From NCBI GenBank assembly GCA_965637545.1, contig OZ281496.1, positions 27,714,001 through 27,778,000 on the forward strand: a stretch of DNA of 64,000 nucleotides, read 5' to 3'. The notes under the pieces were generated by a model, which had not been told where the DNA came from, made no database searches, and worked only from the letters and a program-made list of their open reading frames with translations. Numbering within the stretch: position 1 is the first letter of the stretch; the number at the start of each line of letters is the position of its first letter. The DNA comes from Phallusia mammillata (taxonomy: Eukaryota). Below are positions 51,201-62,555 of this stretch, piece by piece. Both the position numbers and the translations under genes were made by a program.

Positions 51201-52338
51201 GGTTTACTTACTGATACATTTCTTAGGAGGAACCAGCATATATCCATTTTTGCACGTGCAGTTGTATGTGCCAGGATAGTTATTGCATTTCAACGTATGA
51301 ATTCCACAGATTGTGCTGTTTCCAATACATTCGTCCACATCTAATAAAATAAATTTAGGTAAAATTGGAAAAAATGGAACCATTAACATTTATTTGCGAG
51401 GTTCGAAACGAAAGCATTGTAGTGTAAAACTTAATGGTATTTGGAAACCAAGATAAGATTATCACTATACAATCTCTGCCAACTTTAAAGGCCTTTGGTG
51501 ATGTTGCTTATATATTGGTGGAATAATATAACTAACAGCTTGTTCTCCAAGTTAACGTCCACTGTAAGCTACTGGTTAGACAAAGTCTTATACCTTGACA
51601 TGCCGTTTTCGTGCCAACTACCATCACTGGTGTTGTGATGCCTTTGATCAGTTGAAAGGTTTGATTGTATCCTGGACTGCACGTGCATTTCACCTCGTAC
51701 CCGCTGATATTTGTGCATTTTGCCCCGACGCCACAAGGTGAATTGGTAGCACTGCATGGCTGTGTTACTGTAAAACAATACAGCAGCTTTGTGTTTGATA
51801 AACATCCGTATCAACACTGCCTGTTTATTCCTAAAATACTGCGTTTACCACACCCACACTATATAATCTACTAGTGTATTTGTGTCGTAAAACTGTTAAG
51901 ACAACATACCAGTTGTTACAAAGTAAATCATGTGGCTAACTTTTACACATTGTCTGGTACCTGGAATGGTAGCCACGAATGCTTTTCTGACGTTAGCTGC
52001 TCCTGTTTGTGTGTAGAAGGGGTAATACTGTATGTGACTTGGATTAGTAATCAAGGTCTCCAGTGATATATCTACAAAGGACAATCTAATTAACGTATCG
52101 TTCTCTTGGTTATTTACACTCTTTACCGAAAGTTATGTGATTAATGTTAATTTAGCTATGCGCAAATGTAGACATTACAACATTTATCGAAACCAGTCAG
52201 ATACTTATAGTAATAACTATTGCAGCATTTCAGGATTTTGCCAAGATACTTACAAGAATCTTGATAAATGCTTGAGACCGCTTCATTTTCTCCCACCATG
52301 CAAACTGCTATAGTTAATACCAGTACAAAACTATTCAT
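48241..52338 (-). CDS. Gene A: 7-EGF paralog of B and C, probably secreted (no GPI tail found; ~377 aa)
   Basis: Exons 52254-52338 (MNSFVLVLTIAVCMVGENEAVSSIYQDS), 51961-52071, 51594-51767, 51212-51340, 50872-50988, 50474-50596, 50064-50186, 49044-49169, 48491-48616. Sizes of the first seven exons match gene B. The best terminal exon is 48241-48260 (tttgtttcag|QTCAKN*) and is less certain. Confidence 0.8.
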
Positions 52339-52619
52339 ACTTCTGGATTATATTAAATGTTTTTTGTTACCCAGTGTTAGCTGCAAAAATACTGAAAGCT
52401 GTAGAAATAAATTTGAAACTGTTAGCTGGTAAGTTATAAATGCACATGGCATGGAGTAATGTAGGCTTGCATCTATTCATTCTGTTTTACTCTTTTAATC
52501 ATCTCGTTGTGTAACATTTGCATTTTCTTTTGACGAAATGCACATGCAGCAATTACCCGATAAACTTCCAGAATTTCTGACAATATTTGCTACGATAACA
52601 CCATAATCAAACTCCACCA

Positions 52620-52740
52620 TGCAGTAACTCCTAGCCAATAAGTTTGCTTCGTCGCGCTGCTGAGCTACGCTGCGGTGCAGGAAGGCTCATATTAATTGGT
52701 AAAGTGACGTTACGGCGCAGGCTGGCCTAAAAAGCCAGGA
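52620..52740. promoter_or_regulatory. Candidate promoter between gene A and the plus-strand array
   Basis: Locally GC-richer stretch with CCAAT (52635-52639), ATTGG (52695-52699) and TGACGT (52705-52710), about 300 nt upstream of the gene A ATG. Motif match only. Confidence 0.35.
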
Positions 52741-53608
52741 TGTACTGTTATGCGCGAAACAAACAAGCGGCTTTCATTCTTGTATACATAATTTTGTAAG
52801 TGACATTGTGTAAATATAAAGTGGTGCGTATAATTTTTTCCTCTAAAGTTTGTTTTTGAAGTCGTTTTTTAGAAATGGTTTGAAATTGCTTGGTTTGTGT
52901 CGGTATTTGGCGGTGAATTTTTCTGCTTTGTTAACGACTACGTTGGGGCATATTGGTGTCTTGGAATCTGTTTTGTCATGGCATTAATGATTGATGCTTA
53001 GCGCTGGTTAGCGGATAGTTTTTTCATGCAATTTTGTTGTGGATATTCTTGCTAGCACAAAACAAAACTGAAATTGGTTCAAATAGCATTCAAAAAAATC
53101 AAAAGCTTGAAACGAAACCACAATGCGCTAGTACTATCTGCCGCAAGATTTTCTATTTTCACCATTAATGGCGATCTTTTAGGGCATTTTGTGATAAATC
53201 GAACGCTACAAAATTAGAAGCAGTAAATATTGCAAGTTTGCTAGGCAGGTATTATATAGGCCCGGATTGCGCCATTATATCGCATCACCTGATTTTTTAT
53301 TGTTACATGGAAACCATCAATAATTGTAAAACATTCCGCCCCGTGACTGACGATTAAGCTCGTTCAGCTTTGTTGGTGGGCAATTTTTGAGCGCGCCAAT
53401 GGCGTTGGCAAAGCAACTGTTCTGGTTGGTCAAATAAAAAGACGGAACGAGCCTTGTTCTGGTGTGTGTGCTGGTCCGATTGCTAGTCGATGATTTGGAG
53501 GTATTTAAGGCACTAAATTTTCGCCCAGATGCTATAATAAATAATAACTACTATAAGTTAAAATATTGTAACCCTCATGTTAATAGTAGGATTGTTTATG
53601 CTCTATGC

Positions 53609-53994
53609 CAGTGGTGCTCAACCGGGACCCTCGCCCCACAGGGGGGGGCACGAGCTGTATTCCGGGGTGCCACGGGCGTGGTCGCACCAGAAACACCCAC
53701 CAAAAATCAGCGAGTCTTTTTCTTTTAACTTATAATGCGCAGAATTGAGTGTGCGCTGCGAATATCTTTATTCCCTAACACTCTTTATATATATTGAGAT
53801 TTGTCACGATTACAGTTTGTTGTTTATTCTATTCGACTTGTTTAAAGCCGAAATTAATACTGAATTGTAACACGAGTTTGCAATTTACGTTTTTTACAGA
53901 GGGCCACAGATCTTACATTGTTATTCAAAGAGGGCCACGAGGCCCAAAATATACTTTTAGGGGGCCACGATCCATGAAAGGTTGAGAATCACTG
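53609..53994. mobile_element. hAT-type MITE (386 bp) in the array
   Basis: TIRs cagtggtgctcaacc / ggttgagaatcactg, TSD ctctatgc (53601-53608, 53995-54002). Confidence 0.92.
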
Positions 53995-54399
53995 CTCTAT
54001 GCTGTGTGTTTGAAAATAGTATGACGACTATGTTGGGGCATATTGGCGTCTTGGAATCTTGTTTTGGCATGCCAGTAATGTTTGACATTTAGCGCCCGTT
54101 AGTGGTCAGTTTTTTTCGTGCGTTTTCGTTTGGATATTCTTGCTAGATCCAAAGGACATTGGTTCAAACAGAATTTAAAAAAATCAAAAGCTCGAAACGA
54201 AACCACAATGAGCAAGTGCTATCTGCCGCAAGATACTGTTTAAGTAAACTTAGAATTTTCCCATTAATGTGAGGCATTTTATGATAAATCGAACGCTAAA
54301 AAATTAAAAACAGTAAATATTGCACGTTTGCTAGGCAGGTATTATATAGGCCCGAATTGCGTCATTCTATCGCATCACCTGATTATTGTTACAAGGAAC

Positions 54400-54825
54400 T
54401 AGAGATAGACAGATATGTTTTTTTAGGGCCGATACCGATAACCGATTATCTGTAGTCAAGAAGGCCGATAACCGATATTTTGGGCCCATATATTTTAAGG
54501 AAAAATTTTAGTCTCAGGAACAATCAAATATCTCACTTAACCTTGGCTGTATGCCTTGAAGCACATGTTTATTGGATAATAACTAAAATGTTTTTGGCCG
54601 CTACAGGCCACACAATTTTGGTTTACATCCTTGAACCAAGCTCTGTTAATGAACTGTGTTCGCTTGAGCTTAACAATACTGCAGGACAGAGTAAGTACAA
54701 AATAATGGTGTCGCAAGTAATGATTGTGCGACAAAATGTTCGACAACTGCAAAGAAAGTTAGTCTTGTATGTTTTAATACATGCTGTACAAAAAACAGAA
54801 AAATCTGTTTTAATGTTAGGGGTCC
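54400..54825. mobile_element. Probable transposon-derived insertion interrupting an array unit
   Basis: Array similarity stops near 54400 and resumes near 54826. The insert starts tagagatagacagata with ccgata repeats. No matching right end seen. Confidence 0.35.
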
Positions 54826-57800
54826 AGAAGGGGGTAGGCGTCTAGAACTAATTGTCTTGTTTCCGATTTCGATTAAAACCGTAGTTTAAGGCACTACCTT
54901 TTGCTCACATTGTACCAAAACAACTTTCTATTTAACCATAAACATTACTGCCAAGGTACTGGTGTATATAGAATACATCGTTCAGACCTCTCGACAATCT
55001 CTGTTGTACCTGCACTGATGATGACAAGAGAGATTGTATTCTATATACACTAGTACCTTGGCAGTAATGTTTATGATTAAATTACTTTTTAAGTCCGTGT
55101 GTAGTATTCCTAACTTTCTATTTCGGGTTTTAGACTCACAGCGAGCGTTTCTCAATTCATGCGATGTCACGTCAATTTTACCGCCAAGTTTCCAACGTTT
55201 ATGCCGCCCGCATTCAATCATTTAGTGCTTTTGGATGATTGAGCGTCCATGTGACGTTTTAGAAGCAAGCGTTCTGATTGGTGGAAGGAAAAGAAAAAAG
55301 GGAATCGACAAACCTTGGCCGTGTGTAATCTGTCATTCTTTCTTTAGCATCTCGTGGTGAAGGTCGCTGTTTCAAAGGTAGTCAGACTTTCAGGCGGAAA
55401 ATCAACAGGTAAAAATATTTGTTGTTTGTGCCGCAGAAAACTATGGACTTTGTGGAGTTGTAGTAGGTATGTTGAAGTTTAAAGACAGCAAACCTTTCAA
55501 AGACAGTGTTTAAAGACGGTTATTTGATTTTGCTTTCGGTCTTAGGATGGTCAGATGTGTTTCGATGAAATTTGTTGACCGTGAGAACCTTGAGGTCAAT
55601 CGTGATGATGAAGAGGTTCTGTTTTGTGAGTTCAGATAAAATTGAAGGTAAGTTACTTGGTAAAGGTAAATAACTTGTACGTTAAATAACTTGCGTCTAA
55701 TAAGTTATGTCATACTTTAATTTGACGTTAATGTAGTTGATGCTCATAAAAAATCCCATGCAAGCGTATTTTGTTTATATACTCGTAGTATATTAGTTAT
55801 AGATTGGGGTCTTGCAATCTGTTTTGTCATGTGATACTTAGTGCCGATTAGCGGACAGATTTTGCGTGCATTTTTATTGTGGATATTCTACTAGGTCAAA
55901 GCAAAAAAAAAACGTTACCTCAAACAGCGTTAGAAAAATGAAACAAAACAGGAATGAGCTGGTACAATCTGTCCCAAGATATCGTTTAGCAAATTCATAT
56001 TTTTTTTGTATTCTAACCGTCTTTTGTGCCATTTTGTATTGCAAGTTTGCTAAGCAGTTATTATTTGAGAGTAAATGTTTGTTTAACAAGTTTATTTAAA
56101 AGTTTTCGAACTAGTTATTGTTTATTACGACTCAATTTCGTAGTCATGATTATAGGCCAGAAATACGCCATTCTATCGTATTACCTTCCTATTTTATTGT
56201 TACAGGGAAACAAAATTCAGCATTGCTTCCCGAGACTGACGATTAAGTTCATAGAGCTCAAGCAATCGTTCTGGTTGGTCGAAGAAAAAAGACGGAATAA
56301 GCCTTGCTCTGATGCGTGTGCTGGTCCGTTTGTCATGATTCGATTAAGAGGTATATGATGTAGTGTTTGAACCGTAATCTAAGGCACTAAATTTTCGACC
56401 AGATGCTATGAAAAATGTTAACTACTGTAAGTAAATATACTGTAACCTTCATGGTTATAGTACGATTGTAAACTCGATGCTGTGTGTCTGAAAGTAGGAT
56501 AATTTTCGATTCTGATATAAACCGATTAGAGGTGCAGTAGAAGGCCATAAGCATCTACTGCAATTTGTTTAATATTAGAAATTCCTAGTTTCTTATTTCA
56601 AATGTAACCGAAAGGACGTAGGCGTCTAGAACTTATCTTCCACGTTGAAAATAATTCGAACTAATTGTCTTGTCTTTAAATTTGGAGAAAGCGCTTCTTC
56701 ATTCATACGATGTCGCGTCAGCTTGTCCGCCAAGTTTCCAACGTTTTGCTTTCCGCAATCAATCATTCAACTAATAGCGTAATTTACAGGTTGGTATACA
56801 AAGCTGCCTTTGGATGTTAAAGAGCGTCAAACCGACAAACCTTGGCCGTGTGTAATCTGTCATTCTTTCTTTAACAACTCGTGGTGAACTTGTACGTTAC
56901 ATAATTGTTGCGTCTTATGTGAAACTTTAATTTGACCATCATGTTGTTGGTACATCATAGCTTGTCATTATTCATGCGAAAGGGATGCTCATAAACATCC
57001 TATGCAAGCGTATTTTGTTTGTATACTCGTAGTATATAAGTAATAGATTGGCGTCTTGCAATCTGTTTGTCTCCAGCAATCGATCATTCAACTAGCAGTG
57101 TTGTTTACAGGTTGCCTTTGGACTGTTGAAGAGCGTCCATGTGACGTTTTAGAAACAAGCGTTCTGATTGGTGGAAAGAAAACGACAAAGGGAACCGACA
57201 AACCTTGGCCGTGTGTGATCTGTCATTCTTTCTTTAGCACCTCGTGGTGAAGGTCGCTGTTTCAAAGGTAGTCAGACTTTCAGGCGGAGATTTAAACAGG
57301 TGAAACTATTTGATGTTTGTCCAGCAGTAAACTATATATAAGACTTTGTGGAGTTGTAGCAAGGTAGTTAAAAGACGGTGTAATCAATACATGGGTTTAA
57401 TTTTGATTTCGGTCTTAGGATGAAGTTTGTTGACCGTGACCATGAAAGCTGGAGAAAGACAGGCGTGATGATGAAGAGGTTCTGTTTTCTAAGTTCAGAC
57501 AAAATTGAAGGTAAGTTACTTGGTAAATGGTAAATATCTTGTACGTTACGTAACTTGCGTCTTATACTTAAGTTAAGTGAAACTTTAAATTGACATTAAT
57601 GTTGTTGGTACATCATAGCTTATCATTAGTCATGCGAAAGGGATGCTCTTAAAAAATCGCATGCAAGCGTATTTGATTATATACTCGTAGTATATTGGTA
57701 ATATATTGGCGTCTTGCAATCTGTTTTGTCATGTTATATTTAGCGCCGGTTAACGGACAGATTTTTTGTACATTTTTTTCATTGTGAATATTCTACGAGC

Positions 57801-60800
57801 TCAAAGCAAAAAAGTTGCTTCAAACAACATTAAAAAACCAACTAAACGGCAATAAGCTGGCACAATCTGTCCCAAGATTCTGTTTAGCAAATTTAGATTT
57901 TTTCTATTTCTGGGCGTCGTTTGAGGCATTTTGTGATAGATCGAACGCTAAAAAATATTGCAAGTTTGCTAAGCAGGTATTATTGGACGGTAAATTTATG
58001 TGGTTGTTTATTTTGACTCTCTGTCGTATTCGTAAATATAGGCCCAAATAATGCCATTCTATTGCATCATCTTCTTTTTTTATTATTACAGGGAAACCAA
58101 TCAATGTTCGTGAAACATTACGGCCCGGGACTGACGATGAAACTTACTAAACTCTGTGCTTGGGCGATTTTTGAACTCGCCAAGAGCGTTGCTTAAGCAA
58201 CCGTTCTGATTGGTCGAAGAAAAAGATGGAACGAGTCTTGCTCTGACGGGTGTGCTGGTCCGATTTTCTGTCGTCGATTTATGGGTAAAGGACGTAGTTT
58301 TTAAACCGTAATCTGACGCACTAACTTTTTGCCCAGATACTACAATAAATATTAACTACTATAAGTTGATATATTGTAACCATGGTAATAGTACGATTGT
58401 AAACTCTATGCTGTGTCTAAAAAAAAGTATAATTTGAATGAGAATATAATTTTTTTTGTTTTCGATTCCTATTTGAACCCAGAGGTTCGGTAGAAGACCA
58501 TAAGCATCTACTGCAATTTATTTGAATTAGAAATTCTTAGTTTCCATTTTTAAATGTAACCGGAAGGACGTAGGCGTCTAGAACTTGTTGAAAATTAGAA
58601 AAGTCTGTCAGCAATCCAATAAAAAGCTAAACTTTTTTTCGATGTTTTTCCCAAGACTGAAATAATTCGAATTAATTGTATTGTTTTCGATTTTAATTAA
58701 AACCGCAGTCTAAGGCACTAACTTTTGCCCACATCAAACCAAAATAACTTCATTTTTCTGTTTTCTGACTTACAGCAAGCGCTTCTTAATTCACGCGATG
58801 TCACATCCGCTTATCCTTAAAGTTTCCAACATTTATGCCTCCCGCAATCAATCATTCGGTACAAGAAAAGTTGCTGCCTTAGGACGATTGAAGAGCGTGC
58901 ATGTAACGTTTCAGAAGCAAGGGAACCGACAAAACTTGGACGTGTGTGATATGTCATTCTTTCTTTAGCAACTGTTGGTGAGGGTCGCTGTGTCGATGTT
59001 ATTCCGACTTTCAGGCGGAGATTTTAACAGGTAAAAGCTATTGTTTGTGCAGCAGTAAACTATAGATACGACTTTGTGGAGTTGTAGCAATGTATGTTGA
59101 AGTTAAAAGACACTGTTCTCAATACATGGGTTTAATTTTGCTTCCGGTCTTAGGATGAAGTTTTTGATCGTGAGAAAGACAGGCTTGAGGATAAAGAGGT
59201 ACTGTTTTCTAAGTTCAAACAAAATTAAAAATAAGTTGTTTGATTCCACATTTAAACATGGTAAATAACTTGTACGTTACACAACTTCTGCGTCTTGTAA
59301 GTTATCTGAAACTTTAATTTGGCATTTATGTTGTTGGTACGTTAGCTTATCTTTAGTCATGCGAAAGGGATGCTCATAAAAAATCCCATGCAAGCGTATT
59401 TGTTTATATACTCGTAGTTTATGTCATAGATTGGCGTCTTGCAATCTGTTTTGTCACGTGATACTTAGCGCCGGTTAGCGGACAGATTTTGCATACAATT
59501 AAAACATTGGTTCAAACAGCATTAAAAAAATTCAAAACGAAACGGCAATAAACTGGTGCAATCTATCCCAAGATATTGTTTAGAAAATTGGATTTTTTTT
59601 CTTTTTCTGACCGTCTTTCAAAGGCATTTTTTGATAGATCGAACGCTAAAAAATATTGCAAGTTTGCTAAGCAGGTATTATTGGACGGTAAATGCTTTCT
59701 AACAAGTTTATGTGGTTGTTTATTTTGACTCTCTGTCGTATTCGTAAATATAGGCCCGAATAATGCCATTCTATTGCATCATCTTCTTATTTTATTATTA
59801 CAGGGAAACCAATCAATGTTCGTGAAACATTTCGTCCTGAGACTGACGATGCTTGCTTGGGCGATTTTTGAACGCGACAAGACTGTTGCTAAAGCAACCG
59901 TTCTGATTGGTCGAAGAAAAAGACGAAACTAACCTTGCTCTGATGCGCGTGTGTCGGTCGTCGATTTAAAAGGTATGGGTCGTAGTTTTAAAACCGTTAC
60001 CAAAGGCAATAAATATTTGCCGACATGCTATAATACATATAAATTACAATAAGTTTTTTTTATCCCTAACGATTATAGTAGGATTGTAACCTCTATGGTG
60101 TGTGTCTGAAAGTAGTATAATTTTCGATTCAGATATAAAACGGTTAGAGGTGCGGTAGAAGGCCGTAAGCATCTACTGCAATTTATTTGAAATTAGAAAT
60201 TCCTAGTGTCTGCTTTCAAATGTAACCAGAAGGATGTAGGCGTCTATAGCTTGTTCAAAAATTAGAAAAGTTTGTCAGTAATCCATCAGAAGCAGAACTT
60301 ATCTTCGACGTTTAGGTCTTCCACGACCGTAACTAATTGTGTTGTCTTCAAATTTGGCTTAAACGGTAGTCAAAGGCACTAAATTTTACCCGCATTTTAC
60401 TTTGACAACTTTCCATTTTTTTCTGTTTTTAGACATACAGCAAGCGCTTATTAATTTACGTGATATCACGTCAGCTTGTCCGCCAAGTTTCCAACTTTTA
60501 TGCCTCCCACAATCAATCATTCTACAAGCAGTGTAATTTACAGGTTGTGTTTGGACTGTTGAAGAGCGTCCATGTGACGTTTCAGATGCAAGCGTTCGGA
60601 TTGGTTGAAGAAAAGAAAAGAAAGAAGGATCTGTCATTCTTTCTTTAGCAACTTGTGGTGAGGGTCGCTGTTTTAAAGGGAGTCAGACTTTCAGGCGGAG
60701 ATTTTAACAGGTGAAACTAATTGGTCTTTGTGCAGAAGTAAACTATGGATGAGACTTTGTGGAGTTTTAATATCTATGTTAAAGTTTAAAGACAGCGTAA

Positions 60801-62555
60801 TCAATACATGTTTTTGGTCTTAGGATGGTTAGATGTGTTTCGATCAAATTTGTTGACCGAGAGAATAAAACCCTTGAGAAAGAGAGGCGTGATGATGGAG
60901 AGGTTCTGTTTTGCAAGTTCAGCCACATTAAGGGTAAGTTGTTTGATGCCACTTTTGAACATGGTAAACAACTTGTACGTTACACAACTTTACATCATAG
61001 CATTCTGCTTTGTCGGGCCAGTAATGTTTAATACTTAGCGCGGGTTTTTGTGCACATTTTGCGTACCTTTTTAATGGTGGATATTCTACTAGCTGAAAGC
61101 AAAAAGAGTTGCCTCAATCAGCTTAAAAAAATCAAACGAAACGGCAATAAGATGGTACAATCTGTCCCAAAATACTGTTTAGCAAATTTGGAATTTTTTG
61201 TATTGTTGACCGTCTTTTAAGGCATTTTTTGATAGATCGAACGTTAAAAAATATTGCAAGTTTGCTAAGCAGATATTGTTGGACGATAAGTGTCTTCCAA
61301 CAAGTTTATGTGGTTGTTTATTATGATTCTCTGTCGTATACCTTTTAAGTATAGATCCAAATTACGCCATTCTATCGCATAACCTTCTTATTTTATTATT
61401 ACAGAAAACCTTAATGTTCGTGAAAACATTTCGGCCCGTGACTTACGATGAAGCGCATTCAGCTCGGTTGGTGGGGAGTTTTTGAACTCGACAAAAGCGT
61501 TGCTAAAGCATCCGTTCTGATTGGTCCAAAAGAAAAGATGGAACGAGCCTTGCTCTAATGCGCGTGTGCCGGTCGTCGATTTTGGAGGTATAGGACGTAG
61601 TTTTTAAACCGTTATCTAAGGCAATAAATTTTTGCCCACATGCTATAATTAATGTTAACTACAATAAGTTTGTAACCCTCATGGTTATAGTAGGATCGTA
61701 AGTTCTATGCTGTGTCTGGAAATAGTATAATTAGATCGATTTCAGCCGTTTAGAAGTTGGATGGAAGGCCATAAGCATCTATTGAAATCTATGAGAAATT
61801 TAAAATGTAACCGGAAGGATGTCGGCGTCTAGAACTTGTTTAAATATAGTCTGTCAGCAATCTTTGCCTTTTCACCAGACCAAAATATTTCGAACTAATT
61901 GTCTTGTCTTCGATTTCGATTAGGACCGTAGTCTAAGGCACTAACTTTTGCCCACATTATGCCAAAACAACTTTCCATTTTTTTCGTTTTCAGACATTCA
62001 CGCGATGTCATGCCACCTATTTGCCAAGTAACCAAAATTTATGCCTCCCGCAATCAATCATTTGGCACAAGAAAAGCAGCTGCCTTAGGATGGTTGAAGT
62101 GACGTTTCTGAAGCAAGCGTTCTGATTGGTTGAAAGAAAGGAAAATAGGGGAACCGGGGAACTGTCATTCTTTCTTTAGCAACTGTTGGTGAAGGTCTGT
62201 GTCGAAGTTTGTCAGGCGGAGAATTAGCAGGTGACTATTTGGTTATAGATAGGACTTTGTGGGAGTAGTAGCAATGTATGTTGAAGGACAGTGTAATCAA
62301 TACATATAATGCTGCTGTTTATTTTTTTTCTGGTCTTAGGGATTGTTTCAGGATTCATGTCAGGGAGATACGTTATGGTGAAATTGGTTGACTGGCAGGA
62401 TCAAACCTAGAAAGCGGCAGGCGTGACGATTTTCTGTTATGATGCAGAGGGTCTGTTCTGTTAGTTCAGGCAAAATTAAAGGTAAGTTTGGATAATGATC
62501 ACTTCTACGTTATATAATTTTTGTGTCTATTTAATTTGACATTCGTGTTGTAGTT

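Larger units (their letters stand above)
52930..62555 (+). repeat. Degenerate tandem array of a 1.5-1.9 kb unit (about 5 full plus several partial copies) with conserved splice signals
   Basis: Landmark gtcattctttctttag at 55332, 57222, 58953, 60633, 62164. Other blocks also recur (ggtcttag|g, tacag|ggaaac, gttctgattggt, gcatctactgc, gcgtctagaact). Partial copies at 52930-53600, 54010-54400, 56640-57070. Confidence 0.9.

Noticed and set aside
51910-51960. Longer version of gene A exon 2 using donor gtatgt at 51909
   Set aside because: The upstream donor gtacca gives exactly 111 nt as in genes B and C, and gtacca is also the donor of gene I exon 3648-3773. Kept only as a possible alternative.
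227-52338. One giant fibrillin, Notch or LTBP-like gene
   Set aside because: Multiple signal-peptide exons and stop-containing GPI exons punctuate the region. I saw no 8-Cys TB, LNR, ZP or transmembrane-cytoplasmic exons.
52722-52738. ctggc-N7-gccag hairpin as a histone 3' stem-loop
   Set aside because: It does not fit the 6-bp stem, 4-nt loop consensus, and there is no histone ORF nearby.
55600-60900. GTGATGA in segment Y as a C/D snoRNA C box
   Set aside because: No correctly placed CTGA D box or terminal stem, and the motif is not kept in all copies.
60808-61038. Overlapping 68-76 aa ORFs in array unit 4 as a conserved peptide
   Set aside because: The equivalent sequence in other units changes frame or hits stops.
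53380-61490. Sm-site-like RATTTTTGA in array segment Z as snRNA or SL RNA genes
   Set aside because: The motif lies in a hairpin loop in some copies and is degenerate in another. I recognised no U snRNA or spliced-leader sequence.
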